Shown: positions 27,450-32,000 of the stretch, piece after piece
Numbering within the stretch: the stretch's first letter is position 1
Layout of the letters: the number at the start of each line of letters is the position of its first letter
Source: an uncultured Fibrobacteraceae bacterium
GTDB taxonomy: Bacteria > Fibrobacterota > Chitinivibrionia > Chitinivibrionales > Chitinispirillaceae
Reading direction: 5' to 3'
Length of the DNA: 32,000 nt
Assembly: GCA_963735155.1 (NCBI GenBank)
Contig: CAVTJU010000001.1
Span: 216,223-248,222 of the forward strand
Notes under the pieces: model-generated
What the model saw: the letters and a program-made list of their open reading frames with translations, nothing else
Database searches by the model: none
What the model was told of the DNA's origin: nothing
Translations under genes and position numbers: made by a program

Positions 27450-30119
27450 CTAAAAAGATTTTGCGATGTTTAAAGCAAACGTTCTTTGATCAGTTGAATA
27501 TAAAGCCTTTTGTCCAGGATCGGCCATCTGCTGCCAGCGTATAGTATTTATTGTCAAATTCATGGTATTTTTATCTTTCGGCCGATCGAGGCCGAGAACG
27601 TCATAAGCTAAAAGTGAAATCTCAAAACCGGAAGGGAGATAAAAATGAGCGCTGATATTCACTTTTTTGGATACACTTTTCTTAAAGTAATCAACCCACC
27701 CAAGATCATCTTTGCTTTTATTAATATTCCAGTAGTTAAAGCCTGTATCTTTACTATAAATATCATCACGTCCTGGAAGTCCCCAAAATAGCCGAAGATT
27801 CGTATGGAAAGCGAGCCATTTCGCTGGAGAAATTGTCAAGTATAACTTTGTAATATTAGTATTTAAATTTAGAAAATTTTCTCCATCAGCAGTCACAGCA
27901 TCCTTTACAATATTGATTGGAATGGTATCATAAACAGAGTAAGAAACAACCGGGAAATATTTCCAGCGATTTACTTTTGTATCGAAGGTGGAGTCATACC
28001 AGCCATCTTTATCACTATTAACTTTTGGTCTGATAAAATAACCCTGTTGTTCTTTTACATTTACATCAACTGGGCGCTGAAAAGTATGATTTATCCCGAA
28101 TCTAAAGTGCTTTAAATCAAATTTTGAATCCAGATCAAGATTAATGTATTTGTATTCGCCTATGTTAACTACACGGAATAAAGTCTGTGACCAGCTGAAT
28201 AAATCAGTAACATGCCCATAGGTAAAGGAAGGCATAAAGGTCAGGTAATTTCCGAATTTATGTGTAGATGTTATTTCTGCAGAACGAACCTTTTCAGGTT
28301 TAAGTTGATGAAGTTCCTCAATAGGAGGAAAAACTGGCAATATGGGAGTTGTTGGTCCTGGTTGTTCATAAGGCCGGTCAAATGAAAGTTCGGTTTTGAC
28401 CTGGCCTGCATCATCAAAATGATACCGGTTATATTCATAGTTATCTGCGCTTCCATTATTTGATGATGTCTGGTAAATAATTTTAACCGAATGTGAACTA
28501 TTCGGACTATATACTAAAGCGAGTTTGGGGTTGGCCATAAAAGCTCGTGTGTGGAAGTCAAGTCTTCCGCCAATATGAGCTCCAATCTTATCGGTAATAT
28601 CACAAAAACCCTCTGAAAATAAAGTAAATGTATTGTAATCAATTTCACTTATTACCGGGTGTTGTGCTATCTCACTTTTAAAATTCTTCCCGGTTAAATC
28701 TTCGCCAATCCGGTCCAGACGGTATTCCAGACCAGTTGCTAATTGGAGCCTTGGAATTGATTTTAGCAAATACATTGCGCTAAAAGTATATCGTTTTTCT
28801 CCAAAAGTTTCGTCTATATAGTCCGGGTTTCGCGCAGCATGAGGGGAATCCCAGTAATTAACTTTTTTACCAGTGCTGTCGATTACATCATGAAGTTCAG
28901 ACTCGTTTTTGTATCTTTCGCGGGCCTCAGTTCCAATACGTGTAGTGTTGGCATCAAAGCCCAATCCCATTTTTAATTCGTTTGTCCCGATTGGATACAT
29001 ATAGTTTACTTGGGCCATTATGTTATCAACCAGATATTGTCGAAGATTTGTTCCATTGGATTCTCCTGCAGATGACCAGAATGGGTCATTGTACCTGACC
29101 ATTTCTCCATCAACAAGACCATTACCTCTGAGAGAATCAGTTGGCAAATTATTTTTCAGTTCAGGCCAGGGGTCGATAATAAATAGACCTCCAGCATTTT
29201 CCTTTTGTCTTGTTACTCTAAAATAAAAATCAAGATTATTCAGACTGTAGTTGGCTGCTATTTTCCAGTTTCCATCAGTAGAACCGAAGTTACCATCCGA
29301 AGGAAGGCCATCTTTATTAAGAACATCACTGCTTAACCAGTTTGGATATGGCCACTGGTCAAGCCCATATACTCTTGATTGATGAGTCGGTAGTCCATCA
29401 GATTTTCTAAATCCTGCAAAAAAGGAAAAATTCTGATTTTCACCTATTTTTGAGTGAAAAGATGCCTCAATTTCCTGAGAATTGTTCATTCCTATAGACG
29501 TATATATTTCTGATTTGTTATCATCTGCTTTTTTAGTAACTATATTTATAATTCCGGCTATTGCACCCGATCCATATACAAGACCCGCCGGACCGCGCAA
29601 TACCTCAACTCGTTCTATATCATTAAGTAATCCGAGGACAGTCTCGCTCATAAAACCATCACGAGCCTGTGTATTTAGCTTGTGTCCATTGACAAGATAT
29701 ATCAGCTTACAATTGCGGTCACTTGTTACTCCGCGCAATCCCCACAAGGTACCATACCATTTATTGAACATATATTGAAAGCCAGGCACGTAAATTTCAA
29801 GGAGTTCAGATATATTGCGGGCTCCCGAAATCTTTATCATATCTTTTGTAATTATGGTCATACTCATCGGGGATTTCGCAAGATCAAGGTCAAGGAAAGA
29901 TCCGGAGCTTAGGTCGATATTGAATAATGAATCGAGATATTGAATATCTTCTGTCGATGGGTCCCCGGATGAATCGGTGATAATTCCGACTGCAAGCGAT
30001 TGTTGTACAATAGAAATAGTAATAATTATCAGAAGGAAAAAAAACTCGATTCTTTTCCTTATTTCCTGTAAAGACAATGCTTTAGCCATAGAGAATAATA
30101 GATCTTCTTTTTTTCTCAT
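27450..30119 (-). CDS. TonB-dependent outer-membrane receptor
   Basis: Plug domain MTIITKDMIKISGARNISELLEIYVPGFQY...LRGVTSDRNCKLIYLVNGHKLN...IERVEVLRGPAGLVYGSGAIAGIINIVTKKAD; 889 aa barrel. Confidence 0.9.
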   Translation of the reverse strand: MRKKEDLLFSMAKALSLQEIRKRIEFFFLLIIITISIVQQSLAVGIITDSSGDPSTEDIQYLDSLFNIDLSSGSFLDLDLAKSPMSMTIITKDMIKISGARNISELLEIYVPGFQYMFNKWYGTLWGLRGVTSDRNCKLIYLVNGHKLNTQARDGFMSETVLGLLNDIERVEVLRGPAGLVYGSGAIAGIINIVTKKADDNKSEIYTSIGMNNSQEIEASFHSKIGENQNFSFFAGFRKSDGLPTHQSRVYGLDQWPYPNWLSSDVLNKDGLPSDGNFGSTDGNWKIAANYSLNNLDFYFRVTRQKENAGGLFIIDPWPELKNNLPTDSLRGNGLVDGEMVRYNDPFWSSAGESNGTNLRQYLVDNIMAQVNYMYPIGTNELKMGLGFDANTTRIGTEARERYKNESELHDVIDSTGKKVNYWDSPHAARNPDYIDETFGEKRYTFSAMYLLKSIPRLQLATGLEYRLDRIGEDLTGKNFKSEIAQHPVISEIDYNTFTLFSEGFCDITDKIGAHIGGRLDFHTRAFMANPKLALVYSPNSSHSVKIIYQTSSNNGSADNYEYNRYHFDDAGQVKTELSFDRPYEQPGPTTPILPVFPPIEELHQLKPEKVRSAEITSTHKFGNYLTFMPSFTYGHVTDLFSWSQTLFRVVNIGEYKYINLDLDSKFDLKHFRFGINHTFQRPVDVNVKEQQGYFIRPKVNSDKDGWYDSTFDTKVNRWKYFPVVSYSVYDTIPINIVKDAVTADGENFLNLNTNITKLYLTISPAKWLAFHTNLRLFWGLPGRDDIYSKDTGFNYWNINKSKDDLGWVDYFKKSVSKKVNISAHFYLPSGFEISLLAYDVLGLDRPKDKNTMNLTINTIRWQQMADPGQKALYSTDQRTFALNIAKSF

Positions 30120-30340
30120 CTTTCATTCCTATATTTGTGAGTGAATTGCGGGTTATACTTTTTGGAATAAAAATGTTAACCATAAATACAGCTAACAGGT
30201 AATTGTAACTATTTTTCTTTTTTAAGTCAAGTTTAAGAAACTGGTAATAAAAGGGCTTCCTGAATAAATAGTTCAAATCGGAATTTCCTGTGTTTGTTAT
30301 TGTTAATTGTAACTATTTTGATCATCCATCATTTTGAGAG

Positions 30341-30586
30341 GTGAAATCCGGGAATATATATGATCATATTACTATGATAGTGATTGTCTTGACTTCCAAT
30401 ACAGTTGGCTGGATTCTGATAAAATCCACTATCACCAGGATTTCTGCTTATCAAGGGAGCTTGCTTTTGTTAATGCAGGCTGTACTTACTACTATATGGG
30501 CAGGATTATTTTATTCTGAGGCATTTACTATGGTACAGCATATCGGTGGCGTTTTAGTACTGGGAGGAATTCCTCTTATCAATTAA
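30341..30586 (+). pseudogene. Truncated EamA/DMT transporter C-terminal fragment
   Basis: 81 aa NTVGWILIKSTITRISAYQGSLLLLMQAVLTTIWAGLFYSEAFTMVQHIGGVLVLGGI matches only the last helices of a ten-helix EamA transporter. Confidence 0.55.
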
Positions 30587-30685
30587 ATATGGAATTAGGT
30601 AAACCAAATTTCCGCAATGAATAGCAGACTAAACCAGATGAACAAAATAGTTGAGAAATTCCTCCCAACTATTTTGTTTGAGAAA

Positions 30686-32000
30686 TCATGTATTTCTTAC
30701 TTCTAATTGACTGATAAGTACTTTTCGAAAATGGAATCCAGAGATAGATAAAGAGATTGCTTCCGGCAAAAGATTCGGGTGACGAAGAGCAGTCCAGATG
30801 CAAAGTTTCCAGAAGTGCCGTTTGCCTTTTTCTCTGATTCCAAGTTTCCAGATGGCAGTAGATAATGCTCGTAGAGTAGTGGTTAAAGGGAGACTTTGAT
30901 TTTTTGAATATTTTTTATATTCCCGTAAATAGGTTTTTACTCTATCATAAAAATTCTTAGGCGCAAAAATTGAGCTTAGAACCTTTTTATATCCTGTAAT
31001 CAGCGTATCTTTATTCATTTTCGGAACAAAATTAATTGTAAAATCGGTATTATTTCCGGTCGGGTTTTTAACGATTCTGCCAGCCTCATGCAGTCTTTTG
31101 AACAGTTGTGTTTCCGGTAGAGCTGTAAGTAAACCGACCATTGCGGTAACAATTCCACTTGATTGAATGAACTTGATCATATTATCAAAAGTTTTGGGAG
31201 TATCAGTATCAAAACCGACAATGAATCCAGCTTGAACTTCAAAGCCGTTGTTCTGGAGAATTTTAATTTTATCGCCGAGATTTTTATTGGTATTTTGCAG
31301 CTTTCCACAAGATATCAGACTTTCCTCTTCAGGTGTTTCAATCCCCACAAAAACACAATTGAAATTAGCTTCTCTCATGAGATGCATTATTTCAGGATCA
31401 TCTGTTAAATTGATCGACACTTCGGTATATAAAGTAAACGGCTTGTTTTTTTCTTTCATCCACAGGCAGACACGTTTTAAAATTTCCTTAACTTTGACTT
31501 TATTTCCAATAAAGTTGTCGTCGACAATAAAGAGATTTCCCCGCCACCCTGCATTGTATAGAGCATCGAATTCTTTAATTACCTGTTCTGGCGATTTGAC
31601 ACGCGGTATTCTGCCGTTGATGACTATAATATCACAAAATTCACAATTAAAAGGACATCCACGTGATATCTGTAACGCCATCGAAGCGTAATTTTTCATA
31701 TTTATTAAGGACCAGTCAGGGATCGGGGTCAAGGTAACATCAGGTTTTTCCTTCGAAGAGTAAATGCGTTTCAGTGTTCCTTTCTCCAAATCATCGAGAA
31801 ATTGCGGGATTGTAATTTCACCTTCATTAAGAACGAAACAATCAACATTTTCGAATTCATTATGACCAGTCGTAAATAGCGGTCCTCCGGCAACGATAAA
31901 TTTATTGAAAGCTTTCGCTCTGGATATCACCTCCATAGCTGACTTTTTCTGTATAATCATGCCGCTGATTAAGACCTTATCAGCCCACTCAATATCTTTA
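30686..32000 (-). CDS. B12-binding-type radical SAM protein with DUF4070-like C-terminus, truncated by the right window edge
   Basis: SRGCPFNCEFCDIIVINGRIPRVKSPEQVIKEF (CxxxCxxC), FIVDDNFIGNKVKVKEIL, IETPEEESL. The frame stays open past ATG 31960 (KDIEWADKVLISG upstream), so the gene continues beyond base 32000. Confidence 0.88.
   Translation of the reverse strand, partial: KDIEWADKVLISGMIIQKKSAMEVISRAKAFNKFIVAGGPLFTTGHNEFENVDCFVLNEGEITIPQFLDDLEKGTLKRIYSSKEKPDVTLTPIPDWSLINMKNYASMALQISRGCPFNCEFCDIIVINGRIPRVKSPEQVIKEFDALYNAGWRGNLFIVDDNFIGNKVKVKEILKRVCLWMKEKNKPFTLYTEVSINLTDDPEIMHLMREANFNCVFVGIETPEEESLISCGKLQNTNKNLGDKIKILQNNGFEVQAGFIVGFDTDTPKTFDNMIKFIQSSGIVTAMVGLLTALPETQLFKRLHEAGRIVKNPTGNNTDFTINFVPKMNKDTLITGYKKVLSSIFAPKNFYDRVKTYLREYKKYSKNQSLPLTTTLRALSTAIWKLGIREKGKRHFWKLCIWTALRHPNLLPEAISLSISGFHFRKVLISQLEVRNT

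Noticed and set aside
1-32000. CRISPR array, prophage, tRNA/rRNA or IS transposase
   Set aside because: No regularly spaced direct repeats, structural RNA signatures, phage structural genes or transposase/integrase motifs were seen in any part of the window.

Overview
This 32 kb window is bacterial chromosomal DNA, read here from sequence alone. The standout locus is a co-directional cluster at about 16.85-20.6 kb: arsR - arsC - hgcA - hgcB - acr3. hgcA (18091..19170) carries the cap-helix signature NVWCAAGKGTF of the mercury-methylation corrinoid protein. hgcB (19167..19472) is its two-[4Fe-4S] ferredoxin partner. The pair sits inside an apparently complete arsenic-resistance operon with 4-nt ATGA overlaps. 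Upstream is a near-consensus promoter (TTGACT-17-TATATT) with a 9-bp perfect inverted repeat starting at the -10 box. The island is bounded by decayed gene remnants (ArsP-like permease end, a CMD/AhpD-like gene, an MDR-dehydrogenase tail), which suggests an acquired or eroding module. Other content: a VF530/DUF2132 protein; an Fe-alcohol dehydrogenase with a PAS histidine kinase and a receiver/coiled-coil protein; a carotenoid cluster (two CrtI/CrtN-type desaturases flanking an aldehyde dehydrogenase), one desaturase having a disrupted N-terminus; a 942-aa-class protein with C25/caspase-like features and six C-terminal propeller-like repeats; Lon protease; an HD-GYP regulator plus a REC-Hpt protein; a TonB-receptor/hybrid kinase/YfiR/HAMP-kinase cassette; an EamA remnant; and a radical SAM protein that runs off the right edge.
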